DNA of 63,231 bases from an uncultured Bacilli bacterium (GTDB lineage Bacteria > Bacillota_I > Bacilli_A > RFN20 > CAG-826), in NCBI GenBank assembly GCA_944358865.1, contig CALVRV010000005.1, positions 1 to 63,231 of the forward strand, read 5' to 3'. The position numbers and the translations under genes were made by a program. Below, piece after piece: positions 48,511 through 58,384 of this stretch. Below the pieces are notes generated by a model, which made no database searches, was not told where the DNA came from, and saw only the letters and a program-made list of their open reading frames with translations. Each line of letters opens with the position of its first letter. Position 1 is the first letter of the stretch.

Positions 48511-49129
48511 AAACTTTTTTAGTAAAGACATACGCTATAGTTAAAAAGAATATTTTACAATCTAATAAAAACGACATGTTCTTTACATATTCACTATCAA
48601 GTTTAGCTTTAATGTTGATATCATGTGTTCGGTGTCCTTTAACAATGCTATATGAAGATATACCAGGTTTAACATCAAAAGCATTAGGATTATAACTTAA
48701 TCTAATAATTTTTAAATCCTCTTCATTGTGAGCCATTTGAGGACGTGGCCCAATAAAAGACATTTGCCCAGCCAAAACATTAAATAAATTAGGTATTTCA
48801 TCAATAGAAGTTTTTCTAATAAAAGATCCAAAAGGATATACCAATTTCTTTTCATCGCCCTCTTTAAAATAAAATGGACTGATTTCAGGCGCATCTATCT
48901 TCATCGAACGGAATTTAATTAATTTGTATACTTTTAAATTTTTCCCATATCTTTCTTGAATGAAAAAAACAGGTCCTTTAGAAGTACACTTAATAATTAT
49001 AGCGGTGACTAACATAATTGGTGATAAAACAATAATACCTACAATAGAACCAAAAATATCAATTGTTCTTTTAAAAAAACAATATACTTTTTGTCTTTTA
49101 TTAAAAACGCTTCGTTTCTTATCAGTCAT
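48509..49129 (-). CDS. small monotopic phosphoglycosyl (bacterial sugar) transferase, priming enzyme
   Basis: KRTIDIFGSIVGIIVLSPIMLV re-entrant helix, FRSM, and DEIPNLFNVLAGQMSFIGPRP. The start is uncertain: ATG at 49129 or 49144. The ORF-track start at 49177 is a TTG. Confidence 0.8.
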   Translation of the reverse strand: MTDKKRSVFNKRQKVYCFFKRTIDIFGSIVGIIVLSPIMLVTAIIIKCTSKGPVFFIQERYGKNLKVYKLIKFRSMKIDAPEISPFYFKEGDEKKLVYPFGSFIRKTSIDEIPNLFNVLAGQMSFIGPRPQMAHNEEDLKIIRLSYNPNAFDVKPGISSYSIVKGHRTHDINIKAKLDSEYVKNMSFLLDCKIFFLTIAYVFTKKV

Positions 49130-49167
49130 AATTAAGCCCAACATTATTAAAATATAAAAGTCAAAAC

Positions 49168-49195
49168 AAAAAAGCAATTACATATTTGCTTTTTT
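49168..49195. terminator. AT-rich bidirectional hairpin after ugd
   Basis: AAAAAAGCAA-ttacatat-TTGCTTTTTT. Confidence 0.45.
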
Positions 49196-49207
49196 ATTAA
49201 TTCAAAT

Positions 49208-50419
49208 CTAGTCGCGTTTAAATAAATCTCTAGTAAACACCTTATTAGAAACATCATTTAATTCGCTATTAAAGCGATTAGCGATAATTAATTTACTTTT
49301 TTTCTTAAATAAATCTAAATCATTAATTACTTCACTGTTGAAAAAATATTTTTCTTTATAAGTAGGTTCATAAACAATAACATTAATGCCTTTAGCTTTT
49401 AATCTTTTCATAATTCCTTGTATTGAAGAAGTCTTATAATTATCAGAACCACTTTTCATAGTTAAACGATAAACACCAACAGTGACATTATCATCATGTC
49501 CATCATTTTTAAAACCGATAATTTTTAATATTTGTTCGCTGATAACATCTTTTCTGGTTCGATTAGAATCAACAACCGCACTGATAAGATTATTTGGAAC
49601 ATCATCAAAATTAGCTTTAAGTTGTTTAGTATCTTTAGGAAGACAATATCCACCATAACCAAAACTTGGATTATTATAAAAATCTCCAATGCGTGGATCA
49701 TCACAAACACCTTCAATAATTTCTTGAGCATTTAACCCTTTAAATAGAGCGTACGAATCTAATTCATTAAAAAAGGATATTCTTGTTGCTAAATAGGTAT
49801 TAGCAAATAGTTTTACAGCCTCGGCTTCATCATATTTAAAAATATGTGTTTTTACATCTTCTTTTAGGCTACTTTTTTTAAGCAAATCAATAAGTTTTTT
49901 TGCAAAATCAATATATTTTTCTTCTTTTTGATAAACACCAACAATTATTCTAGAAGGATAAAGACAGTCATGTAAAGCTTTACCTTCTTTTAAAAATTCT
50001 GGTACAAAATATATATCAGTGTAGTTATATTTTTTAACTAGACTATTACAATATCCAACAGGAATAGTTGATTTAACAACTATCTTTGCATTTTTATTAA
50101 CATTTAAAATATCATTAATTGTTGTTTCTACACTTGATGTATCAAAATAGTTTTTATTTGGATCATAATTTGTAGGTGTAGCAATAAAAATAATATCAGC
50201 ATCTTTATAATGCTTGCTTCCATTAACATAAGCTTTCAAATTTAAGTCTTTGTTTTTATAAAAATCAATAATGTCAGGATCATAAAAATGGGCTTTTCTT
50301 TTATTAATACAATTAACAACATTTTCATTTATATCAATAGCGATGACTTCATGTTTTAAAGCAAACATTACTGCATTTGAAAGCCCAACATATCCTGTAC
50401 CTACTACGACAATTTTCAT
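49208..50419 (-). CDS. ugd: UDP-glucose 6-dehydrogenase
   Basis: [12 protein letters not shown] Rossmann fold and the [10 protein letters not shown] catalytic Cys block. Start moved to the ATG at 50419, which has a GGAGA RBS. Confidence 0.9.
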   Translation of the reverse strand: MKIVVVGTGYVGLSNAVMFALKHEVIAIDINENVVNCINKRKAHFYDPDIIDFYKNKDLNLKAYVNGSKHYKDADIIFIATPTNYDPNKNYFDTSSVETTINDILNVNKNAKIVVKSTIPVGYCNSLVKKYNYTDIYFVPEFLKEGKALHDCLYPSRIIVGVYQKEEKYIDFAKKLIDLLKKSSLKEDVKTHIFKYDEAEAVKLFANTYLATRISFFNELDSYALFKGLNAQEIIEGVCDDPRIGDFYNNPSFGYGGYCLPKDTKQLKANFDDVPNNLISAVVDSNRTRKDVISEQILKIIGFKNDGHDDNVTVGVYRLTMKSGSDNYKTSSIQGIMKRLKAKGINVIVYEPTYKEKYFFNSEVINDLDLFKKKSKLIIANRFNSELNDVSNKVFTRDLFKRD

Positions 50420-50432
50420 TGTTTTCTCCAAT

Positions 50433-51440
50433 CTATTTTAAATAATAATCCTTATACCATCTAGCGTATTTAGTTAATCCATCTTTTAAAGAAGTTGATG
50501 GTTTAAAATCAAAATCTTTCCTTAGTTTTGTTGTGTCTGCATATGTTTGATATACATCACCTTTTTGCATTTCTGCATATTTAGGTTCTATTTTTTCATC
50601 TATAATGCCTTGATCAATTAAACATTCACACAGCGTATCATAAAATTCTTTTAATGATACTGGATTATGATTTCCGATATTATAAATCTGATATGGTAAT
50701 TTATCATCATTTAGTTTTACATCACTTTCAATAATTTTACTTATTGTAATGCATATATCATCAATATAGGTAAAGTCACGATACATATCACCATAATTAA
50801 ATAAAGTAACAGGTTCTTTTTTTCTTAATTTATTAGTAAAGCTAAAATAAGCCATATCAGGTCTACCATATGGACCATATACAGTAAAAAATCTTAAACC
50901 AGTCATCGGTATTTTATAAAGTTTACAATATGAATAGGCAAATAATTCATTACTTAATTTACTCGCTGCATACAATGATACGGGTTTTGTTACTTTATCT
51001 TCTTCACTATATGGAACTTTTTTATTTCCACCATAAACAGAAGAACTAGAAGCATAAATTAAATGTTTGACATTGTGATGTCTTACGCATTCTAAAATAT
51101 TAAAAAACCCTATGACATTACTTTGAATATAAGCATCAGGATTTGTAATTGAATATCTAACCCCCGCTTGCGCTGCTAAATTAATGACAATATCAAAATT
51201 GTATTTGTTGAATAAATTTATCATTTCTTCTTTATTAGAAATATCTAACTTTAAAAAACGAAAATTAGAATATTTTTTTAAAACTTCTAGCCGAGCATTT
51301 TTTAAATTAACATCATAATAATCATTTAAATTATCAATACCTACTACGTTGTATGTAACACCGTTTTTAAATAAATAATCGACAAGCGAAAAGCCTATAA
51401 AACCAGCTGCACCGGTAATTAAAATTGTTTTATTTTTCAT
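50433..51440 (-). CDS. NAD-dependent epimerase (UDP-glucuronate 4-epimerase-like)
   Basis: [17 protein letters not shown] and YAASK motifs. Adjacent to ugd. Confidence 0.8.
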   Translation of the reverse strand: MKNKTILITGAAGFIGFSLVDYLFKNGVTYNVVGIDNLNDYYDVNLKNARLEVLKKYSNFRFLKLDISNKEEMINLFNKYNFDIVINLAAQAGVRYSITNPDAYIQSNVIGFFNILECVRHHNVKHLIYASSSSVYGGNKKVPYSEEDKVTKPVSLYAASKLSNELFAYSYCKLYKIPMTGLRFFTVYGPYGRPDMAYFSFTNKLRKKEPVTLFNYGDMYRDFTYIDDICITISKIIESDVKLNDDKLPYQIYNIGNHNPVSLKEFYDTLCECLIDQGIIDEKIEPKYAEMQKGDVYQTYADTTKLRKDFDFKPSTSLKDGLTKYARWYKDYYLK

Positions 51441-51894
51441 CTTGTTTCTCTTTTCTTATTAAAAATACATTGGTTAATAAACTTAACACAATGTTTGAAA
51501 CATTAAACAAGGCATAAATTATAAAAATTAAAATTACAATAACAGCAGAAGTAGAAATATAAGCATCAGTTAAGGTATTATTAGAAGAGACAATTTCTAT
51601 ATAGCCATTAATTATTTGAATAGCGTAAAATGCACTGACAATAAAAGCTGATAAAGAACCAAATATAGAATAATATTTAAATTTAATAAATGATGCACCA
51701 ACAACTGTGCCAAGACTTAAAATTAATAAAATAATTAAAAAATAATCAAAATTATTATAAATAAAATATTGGTTTATTAAAAAACTGTTTGTGTAACCGC
51801 TAAGCATTGAATTCTGTAGTAAAAACATTATTATCAATAAGAAAATAGGCATGCATATTGCAACCATAGTCATTATTTTGGATATTAATTTCAT
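51430..51894 (-). CDS. 4-TM membrane protein, unknown function
   Basis: 154 aa. Overlaps the epimerase start by 11 nt and the upstream stop by 4 nt. Confidence 0.6.
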   Translation of the reverse strand: MKLISKIMTMVAICMPIFLLIIMFLLQNSMLSGYTNSFLINQYFIYNNFDYFLIILLILSLGTVVGASFIKFKYYSIFGSLSAFIVSAFYAIQIINGYIEIVSSNNTLTDAYISTSAVIVILIFIIYALFNVSNIVLSLLTNVFLIRKEKQDEK

Positions 51895-52472
51895 TTTAAT
51901 AAATCCTTTTTAAATTGATCGAATTCTTCATCGCTTATTTTGTTTGTATCGTGCAATACAACAAGTTTTTCTAATGCTTCTACTTTTGTTTCGCTATTTT
52001 GAACTTTAGATAATTTTAAAAGAAATTCAGAAATAAAATTGTTATATAAAAGTTGTATAACAGCAATTATAAAAAACATTAAACTAGCGCTGAAATATAA
52101 AATAAGACCACCAGTTGAAACTCCAGTTAAATTTGAACTACTAAATAATGAGCCATAATAACTAAATAAATATCCACTTAACGCTAAGCACGCTCCTGCA
52201 ACTGATGTTCCAATTAAAGAAACGATTTTGTTTTTAAAAAACACTAGTAATATTCCAATAAAAGTAACTACTGTAACTAATAAAGAATTAAATAAATTAG
52301 ACCCAGCAATACCAGAACTAGAAGATGTTTCAATGCTTAAAAGATTGAATATATAAACATTTTCGTTTTCTGCTTTTAAAATTGGTATAAAAAACGAAAT
52401 AAAAATTAAAACAGCAAACAAAACTAATAATGATTTAAAAACAATATTTAAAATTTTATCAAGTGTTTTCAT
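51891..52472 (-). CDS. multi-pass membrane protein with a SHOCT-like C-terminal tail
   Basis: 193 aa. The C-terminus is KVEALEKLVVLHDTNKISDEEFDQFKKDLLK. Confidence 0.6.
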   Translation of the reverse strand: MKTLDKILNIVFKSLLVLFAVLIFISFFIPILKAENENVYIFNLLSIETSSSSGIAGSNLFNSLLVTVVTFIGILLVFFKNKIVSLIGTSVAGACLALSGYLFSYYGSLFSSSNLTGVSTGGLILYFSASLMFFIIAVIQLLYNNFISEFLLKLSKVQNSETKVEALEKLVVLHDTNKISDEEFDQFKKDLLK

Positions 52473-53137
52473 TAAAAGAATACGCCTCTTGCTTGTTGTT
52501 TAATTTCGCTTGTTGTGGCAAATGGGATACGAGTTGTATAACCTTGTTTGGCCGCTACAATCATTTTAGTTGGCCAAGCATTAATATCTCTATTCCAAGC
52601 ATTTACAGTGTCATTATATACTTCTCTAGCTGCAGTAATTTCTTTTTGAAGGTAAGCATTTTGTTGTAAACAATCTGCGATTTCATTATGAGCTTTTAAA
52701 TCGGGATAATTTTCAAAAGCTAAATTAATTTTGTTACCAATTGATTCCATTTTAGTAGCGATTTCGTTTCTTTGTTCATCGCTATTATTTGTGCCACCAC
52801 GATAAGCTGCGATTTGTGTCATTGTTTCTTTATCTAAGTCAATGGCTTTGTCTAATAATTTAGCAGCGTTAGATAAAATCATCACACGTTGTTCAAGATA
52901 ATTATCAATTTGAGAAGCATCGTGTTGGATTCTTTGTTCGAGTTGTCTTAAATAATTTCCTGCACTAATTTTCATAAATAAGAAAATAACTCCAGGAATA
53001 ATTCCTAAGACCCAAAGCATAACTTCAAAAAATTTACTTCCCCAGCCTACTTTAACAGGGATTTGTTTTGCAATGACATTAACATCTCTTCCTTGTTCAA
53101 GGGTTGGTCCAGTCATTTCATCTAATTGATTGCCCAT
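52472..53137 (-). CDS. lemA: LemA-family protein
   Basis: One TM helix followed by LemA-type helical repeats (...AAREVYNDTVNAWNRDINAWPTKMIVAAKQGY...). The stop shares 1 nt with the next start. Confidence 0.8.
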   Translation of the reverse strand: MGNQLDEMTGPTLEQGRDVNVIAKQIPVKVGWGSKFFEVMLWVLGIIPGVIFLFMKISAGNYLRQLEQRIQHDASQIDNYLEQRVMILSNAAKLLDKAIDLDKETMTQIAAYRGGTNNSDEQRNEIATKMESIGNKINLAFENYPDLKAHNEIADCLQQNAYLQKEITAAREVYNDTVNAWNRDINAWPTKMIVAAKQGYTTRIPFATTSEIKQQARGVFF

Positions 53138-53139
53138 AA

Positions 53140-55014
53140 TTATAATTCCTCCTTTTTATGGTTATTAACTATTGTTGAATCAAATAGTTGGTTCAATTGT
53201 TTGTCATCCTCATCATTATAATCATTATTATAAACATTATTTGTTAAAAACGCTAATAATCCTCTTTCGAAATGATATTTAGAATCGCTATTAAATTTAG
53301 CAAAATATTGTCTAAGTTGATTTGACATCGAATTCATTTTAACACCATCTGTATCAACTTTTTTAACACCAATAGTGCTACTATTTTCTAAAGGAGTATA
53401 TTCAATCCATTCAACAGGAACTTGATGTAGTCTTCCATCATTTCCAGTCATAGGTACTAGATCAATTTTCTTTTCTCCTTTAAAAGAATAGGCCGTGACA
53501 TTGATTTTGTCTATGCTACCATCACTTCCAATATATGATGTTTTTAAAATAGCTCTAGTTGCACTATCTTTATGTTTAAAACATTCATCACCTAAACGAT
53601 TAGCTAAAACTTCATCCTCATAATTAGTGTAATTTTGATTAAACTTTTTCTTATAAATATATTCAACAGGTTTTGTATGTTGATATAAAGGAATAGACAA
53701 AAGAGGAGCAAAATCAAAAAACATTCCTTCGAAATATTTTGTAATGTAATTAACAAAATTGCTTTTTATTAAATCAAAATCAAGACCATAAAAATTTTCA
53801 GGATAAGCATATAAATTATATCTTTGAGTATGGTCAGAAACAATAAAGTTTAAGCATTTTCTTTTTTCAAAAATAAAATCATCACCAAAAGGTTTTTGAC
53901 TAGATAAAAGTTCAACAAAATTTTGCTGTGCAAGGGGTGTAAAAAGTAAACGATATTCAACTTCGTTATCACGATTTGTACAATTAAATAATGCTTCAAA
54001 ATCACCATTACTCATTGCAGTAAAAGATGAGCCTTTTCCAATCGCTTTTTGACTCATTTTAATAAAATCTTCTGTTCGATTTTTGATTAATTTTTCAATT
54101 TGTTCCTTGTTTTTGCCTTTTGCACCAGATGGATTACGGCTAAAAGATAAATTAGGCGCCGCATCATTACCATAAACTAAATATGTATTATAATTATATT
54201 GAGGACATGGTTTTCTAACAGAAGCCGTTAAAGTTTGGGTTCTAGTTTCCATATGATAACCTTCATTATCTCTAACACGTACCGTATAAGTAATAACAAT
54301 TGATCCATAATATGTTTTAAACCCCATGTTTTGAACATGATTTCTAACAAATAAAAACGGGTTCCCATTAATTGTTCCAGATAAATTAAAGACAGTAGAA
54401 ACGTTTTTATCTAAGATGTTACCAAACCCATATTTTTCATTTAAATAAGTAAATCTTTCAATATTAAAATTATCATCAATTTGAATCAATGGTGTTGTTT
54501 TTCTTATTATTTTTGCAGGCATATTATAATCAAAAAGAGATAAAAGAGGTCCGATTTGCGTAATTATATTGTTTTTTTGACGTCTTATTTCTGCTTCACA
54601 TTTATCTTTTTTTGTTTGAAGTTGCTTTTTATTGTTTCTAACAACAGTTAATAAAATTACAATACCAATAACAATAAACGCTATACCAAATATAAAGCAA
54701 AGAAGAGGAACAAAAGAAGGTACACTATCAAGTTCTAATAGATGTAATAAGGCCCCTACAATAATTGTTATTCCACCAAGAACAATAAGCACAATCATAA
54801 ATGCTTTTAAAACGTTATTTTTTGTGATTTCTTTATTAATTTTTTCTAAATGTTTTAATTCTTGGTTATACTTTTTATTCAATTTTCTATTTAAATCGAT
54901 ATCGACATTTGATTGCTTTGCAAGCGCATCAAAATATTGATTTGTGTTTTCGATTAGTTTTTCTTTTAAAGAAGGATAAAGTTTAAAAGGCTCTAATATC
55001 GAATTATCGTTCAT
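53140..55014 (-). CDS. large membrane protein of unknown function, LemA-associated
   Basis: 624 aa. N-terminal coiled coil, a TM hairpin at about aa 70-125, and a C-terminal domain of about 480 aa in which I recognise no motifs. Confidence 0.6.
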   Translation of the reverse strand: MNDNSILEPFKLYPSLKEKLIENTNQYFDALAKQSNVDIDLNRKLNKKYNQELKHLEKINKEITKNNVLKAFMIVLIVLGGITIIVGALLHLLELDSVPSFVPLLCFIFGIAFIVIGIVILLTVVRNNKKQLQTKKDKCEAEIRRQKNNIITQIGPLLSLFDYNMPAKIIRKTTPLIQIDDNFNIERFTYLNEKYGFGNILDKNVSTVFNLSGTINGNPFLFVRNHVQNMGFKTYYGSIVITYTVRVRDNEGYHMETRTQTLTASVRKPCPQYNYNTYLVYGNDAAPNLSFSRNPSGAKGKNKEQIEKLIKNRTEDFIKMSQKAIGKGSSFTAMSNGDFEALFNCTNRDNEVEYRLLFTPLAQQNFVELLSSQKPFGDDFIFEKRKCLNFIVSDHTQRYNLYAYPENFYGLDFDLIKSNFVNYITKYFEGMFFDFAPLLSIPLYQHTKPVEYIYKKKFNQNYTNYEDEVLANRLGDECFKHKDSATRAILKTSYIGSDGSIDKINVTAYSFKGEKKIDLVPMTGNDGRLHQVPVEWIEYTPLENSSTIGVKKVDTDGVKMNSMSNQLRQYFAKFNSDSKYHFERGLLAFLTNNVYNNDYNDEDDKQLNQLFDSTIVNNHKKEEL

Positions 55015-55113
55015 AAAAATAGTATAATCTTAAATGAAATAAAGATAAATGCTATTTATTAATTAATTGTAGATTAATCTTAATCTAGAAATTAAAATAT
55101 TATTGTTTATGAG

Positions 55114-55830
55114 GTGCTTATGATTAAATATGTTTTCTTTGACTTAGATGGAACACTATTACCTATGGATCAAGATTTATTTATAAATAAATATTTTGGT
55201 GAATTAGTCAATACTTTTAAACCACTAGGATATGATAGTAAAAAATTAATTGATACTGTTGCAAAAGGTACGTTTGCAATGATTAAAAACGATGGTAAAG
55301 TCTCTAATGAGGACGTTTTTTGGGACGTTGCAGCGAGTTTATATGGAAAAGAAATACTAGATGATAAAGATAAATTTGAAGATTTTTATAAAACCAGATT
55401 CCAAGACGTTAGAAGCTCTTGTGGCTTTAATCCAAAAGCTAAAGTAATTATTGATTATTTAAAAAGTAAAAATGTAAAAATGGTATTAGCTACGAATCCT
55501 TTATTTCCTAAAATTGCAACCGCTTCTCGTATAAAATGGGCAGGTTTAGATCCTAATGATTTTATTCTTTACACTACTTATGAAAATTCATATCATTGTA
55601 AACCTAATTTACAATATTATGATGACATATGTTCTTTATTAAATATTAGCCCAAAAGAAGTCTTGATGGTGGGTAATGATGTTGGAGAAGATATGTGTGT
55701 TGATAAATTAGGAATGGATACATTTCTTTTGACAGATTGTCTTATAAATAGAAAAAACATCGATATTGATTTATATAAACATGGTGATTTTGATAGTCTT
55801 TTAAATTACTTGAAGAGTATATTTAAATAA
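55114..55830 (+). CDS. HAD-superfamily hydrolase
   Basis: FFDLDGTL motif I and MVGNDVGEDM motif IV. The ORF-track start is a GTG, and an alternative ATG lies at 55120. Confidence 0.8.
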   Translation: MLMIKYVFFDLDGTLLPMDQDLFINKYFGELVNTFKPLGYDSKKLIDTVAKGTFAMIKNDGKVSNEDVFWDVAASLYGKEILDDKDKFEDFYKTRFQDVRSSCGFNPKAKVIIDYLKSKNVKMVLATNPLFPKIATASRIKWAGLDPNDFILYTTYENSYHCKPNLQYYDDICSLLNISPKEVLMVGNDVGEDMCVDKLGMDTFLLTDCLINRKNIDIDLYKHGDFDSLLNYLKSIFK

Positions 55831-55882
55831 TATACATTTTTTAAAAAAATGTCTTATATTGAATTTTAGAATAATTTTCGTA

Positions 55883-55934
55883 TTGACTAATTTAATTTCT
55901 AGTGTTAAAAAACTATTGTTGACTAATTAGTCAA
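55883..55934. promoter_or_regulatory. candidate TetR operator and promoter
   Basis: Perfect 16-bp palindrome TTGACTAATTAGTCAA at 55919-55934. An extra TTGACTAATT half-site at 55883-55892 doubles as a -35-like hexamer. Confidence 0.5.
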
Positions 55935-55943
55935 TTAAAAATT

Positions 55944-56564
55944 ATGCCACGTTCAAAAGAAGATTTTAAAGAAATTACTCTAAAAAGAAAAAACACCATC
56001 TTAGAAACAGCACTAAGATTATTTTCCTTATATGGTTATGACACAATATCCATAGATCAAATAACAAAAGAAAGTAAGTGCTCACATGGTCTTTTTTACC
56101 ATTATTTTAATAGCAAACAAGATTTATTAGATCAATTGTTAAAAACAGTTATTCATTATTGGAATAAAGAAATTGAACAAATTGATTTAACACAAAACCC
56201 TTTATTTGCTTTAAAAGATTTAAATGTTTTTGTCACCAATTATTTAAAAGATGATGTAAAAACATATATTCTATATTTATTTTTAACTTTCCATTTACAA
56301 AAAAATATCCCTGTCCCTAAAATTAAAAACAAAGAAAAATTTAAAAATAATCGGCCTTTTGCAAAGTTATTTGAAATAATTAACAAAGGACAAGAACTTG
56401 GCGTTTTTGTAGAAGGAGATCCATTAGATTATATAAGAATTTATTTTTCTGCCTTACAAGGTTTAGCGTATAGCAGAATTCATTTAGGAGCTAAAAAATT
56501 CAAACCTGTTAATATTGATGCATTAACAAATATATTTTTAAAAAAGGAGGAATATCATGTTTAA
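55944..56564 (+). CDS. TetR/AcrR-family transcriptional regulator
   Basis: N-terminal HTH ILETALRLFSLYGYDTISIDQITKESKCSHGLFYHYFNSKQDLL. Confidence 0.9.
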   Translation: MPRSKEDFKEITLKRKNTILETALRLFSLYGYDTISIDQITKESKCSHGLFYHYFNSKQDLLDQLLKTVIHYWNKEIEQIDLTQNPLFALKDLNVFVTNYLKDDVKTYILYLFLTFHLQKNIPVPKIKNKEKFKNNRPFAKLFEIINKGQELGVFVEGDPLDYIRIYFSALQGLAYSRIHLGAKKFKPVNIDALTNIFLKKEEYHV

Positions 56565-58383
56565 ATTAGTTAAGTACATTAAAAACTTATGGTGGGTATT
56601 ATTACTTAATACTGGAATAATTGTTTGCCAAGCATGGTTACAATTAACATTACCTGACTATATGCAAAAAATATTAAATACCATGCAAGATGTTGGATTA
56701 ACTTATGATAAAAAGATGTCAGAAATATGGTCTTGTGGCGGGATAATGCTAGCGATATGTCTTGGCATTTTGATTTGCGCTGTTGCAATCGGTATTTTAA
56801 ATTCTGTTATTGGCGCAATATATGCTAGAAACATTAGAAACGAAATGTTTAAAAAGATTATGTCTTTTTCTTTATTTGAATTTAACCAATTTGGTACAGC
56901 AACATTATTGACAAGAACCACTAATGATATAAATACATTAAAAGATACATTTACATCATTTTGCCGAACAGTAGTGTTCTCCCCTGTCATGTTAATTGTT
57001 GCAATTATTAAATCGGTAATGATCGATTGGCAAATGTCGTTAGTGTTTGTTGTCGCGTTACCAATTTTAGCTATAACTATAATTGTTATCTTTACTTTAT
57101 CATCACCATTATTTAGTGAAATTCAAACAAGATTAGATAATGTTACAGTCGTTTTAAGAGAAGGCTTAACTGGTGTTCGTGTCGTTAGAGCTTTTAATCA
57201 ACAAGAACAAGAATTTGCAAAATTTACTGATCGAAATCAAAAAATGACAAATGCAATTATTAAAGTTAATCGTACTTTATCTTTTGTAAGTCCAATTATT
57301 AATATAGTATTTAATTTTACTTATCTTGCTGTCTTCTTTGTTGGTTTTGCTCTTTTAGATGGAGTTTTAATGAATGAATCAAGCGCTGAAACATTTACAA
57401 ATGTTATTGTGATTAGTAACTATTCAAGTAATATCATGATGTCATTTTTGATGTTAGGTATGATATTTATTCAACTACCAAACGCTAATGCGTGTGCAAA
57501 ACGTATTCAGGCTGTATTAGATACAAAACCAAACATTGTTGACCCAGAAAGTCCAATTGATGTTTCAACAATCAAAGAAGAAGATAAAAACACTGTGGAA
57601 TTTAAAAATGTTACATTTACATTCCCAGATGCTACTGAGCCAACTTTAAAAGATATTAACTTTAAAGTAAAGCCAGGTCAAACAACCGCTATTATTGGAT
57701 CGACAGGTTCTGGCAAATCTTCAATTATTAATTTAATTCCTCGATTCTTTGATACCACAATCGGAGAAGTTTTGGTCGATGGAGTTAATGTAAAAAAATA
57801 TTCTCAAAAAGATTTAAGAGATAAGATTGGTTTTGTTCCACAACAAGCACGTCTATTTACAGGAACAATTCGTGATAATTTATTATTTGGAAATCCAAAT
57901 GCTAGCGAGGAAGACTTACAAAAAGCTTTACAAGTTTCTCAATCCGCTCATTTTGTTGGTAAAAAAGAAAATGGTATTGATTCTTTTGTTTCTCAGGGTG
58001 GTAAAAACTTCTCTGGCGGGCAAAAACAAAGACTATCTATTGCTCGTGCTTTAGTCAAAAAGCCAGAAATATATGTTTTTGATGATAGTTTTAGTGCACT
58101 TGACTTTAAGACAGATATTAGATTAAGAACTGCTTTAAAATCATATGTCGGCAATTCTTCTGTCATCGTTGTTGCACAACGTGTTTCTTCTATTTTAGAT
58201 GCTGACAATATTGTTGTCTTAAATGATGGTATGATTGCGGGTCAAGGCACTCATGATGAATTATTGTTGAATTGCCCTGTTTATCAACAAATTGTTAAAT
58301 CTCAATTAGATAAAGACGAAATTGAAAAAACTATAAAAATGAAACAGCAAATTCTTGCTAGTAAAGAAGAGGAGGATGATTAA
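56557..58383 (+). CDS. ABC exporter, fused permease/ATPase subunit A
   Basis: 6-TM domain, Walker A GSTGSGKSS, signature FSGGQKQR, and Walker B IYVFDD. AAGGAGG RBS. Confidence 0.9.
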   Translation: MFKLVKYIKNLWWVLLLNTGIIVCQAWLQLTLPDYMQKILNTMQDVGLTYDKKMSEIWSCGGIMLAICLGILICAVAIGILNSVIGAIYARNIRNEMFKKIMSFSLFEFNQFGTATLLTRTTNDINTLKDTFTSFCRTVVFSPVMLIVAIIKSVMIDWQMSLVFVVALPILAITIIVIFTLSSPLFSEIQTRLDNVTVVLREGLTGVRVVRAFNQQEQEFAKFTDRNQKMTNAIIKVNRTLSFVSPIINIVFNFTYLAVFFVGFALLDGVLMNESSAETFTNVIVISNYSSNIMMSFLMLGMIFIQLPNANACAKRIQAVLDTKPNIVDPESPIDVSTIKEEDKNTVEFKNVTFTFPDATEPTLKDINFKVKPGQTTAIIGSTGSGKSSIINLIPRFFDTTIGEVLVDGVNVKKYSQKDLRDKIGFVPQQARLFTGTIRDNLLFGNPNASEEDLQKALQVSQSAHFVGKKENGIDSFVSQGGKNFSGGQKQRLSIARALVKKPEIYVFDDSFSALDFKTDIRLRTALKSYVGNSSVIVVAQRVSSILDADNIVVLNDGMIAGQGTHDELLLNCPVYQQIVKSQLDKDEIEKTIKMKQQILASKEEEDD

Positions 58384-58384
58384 T

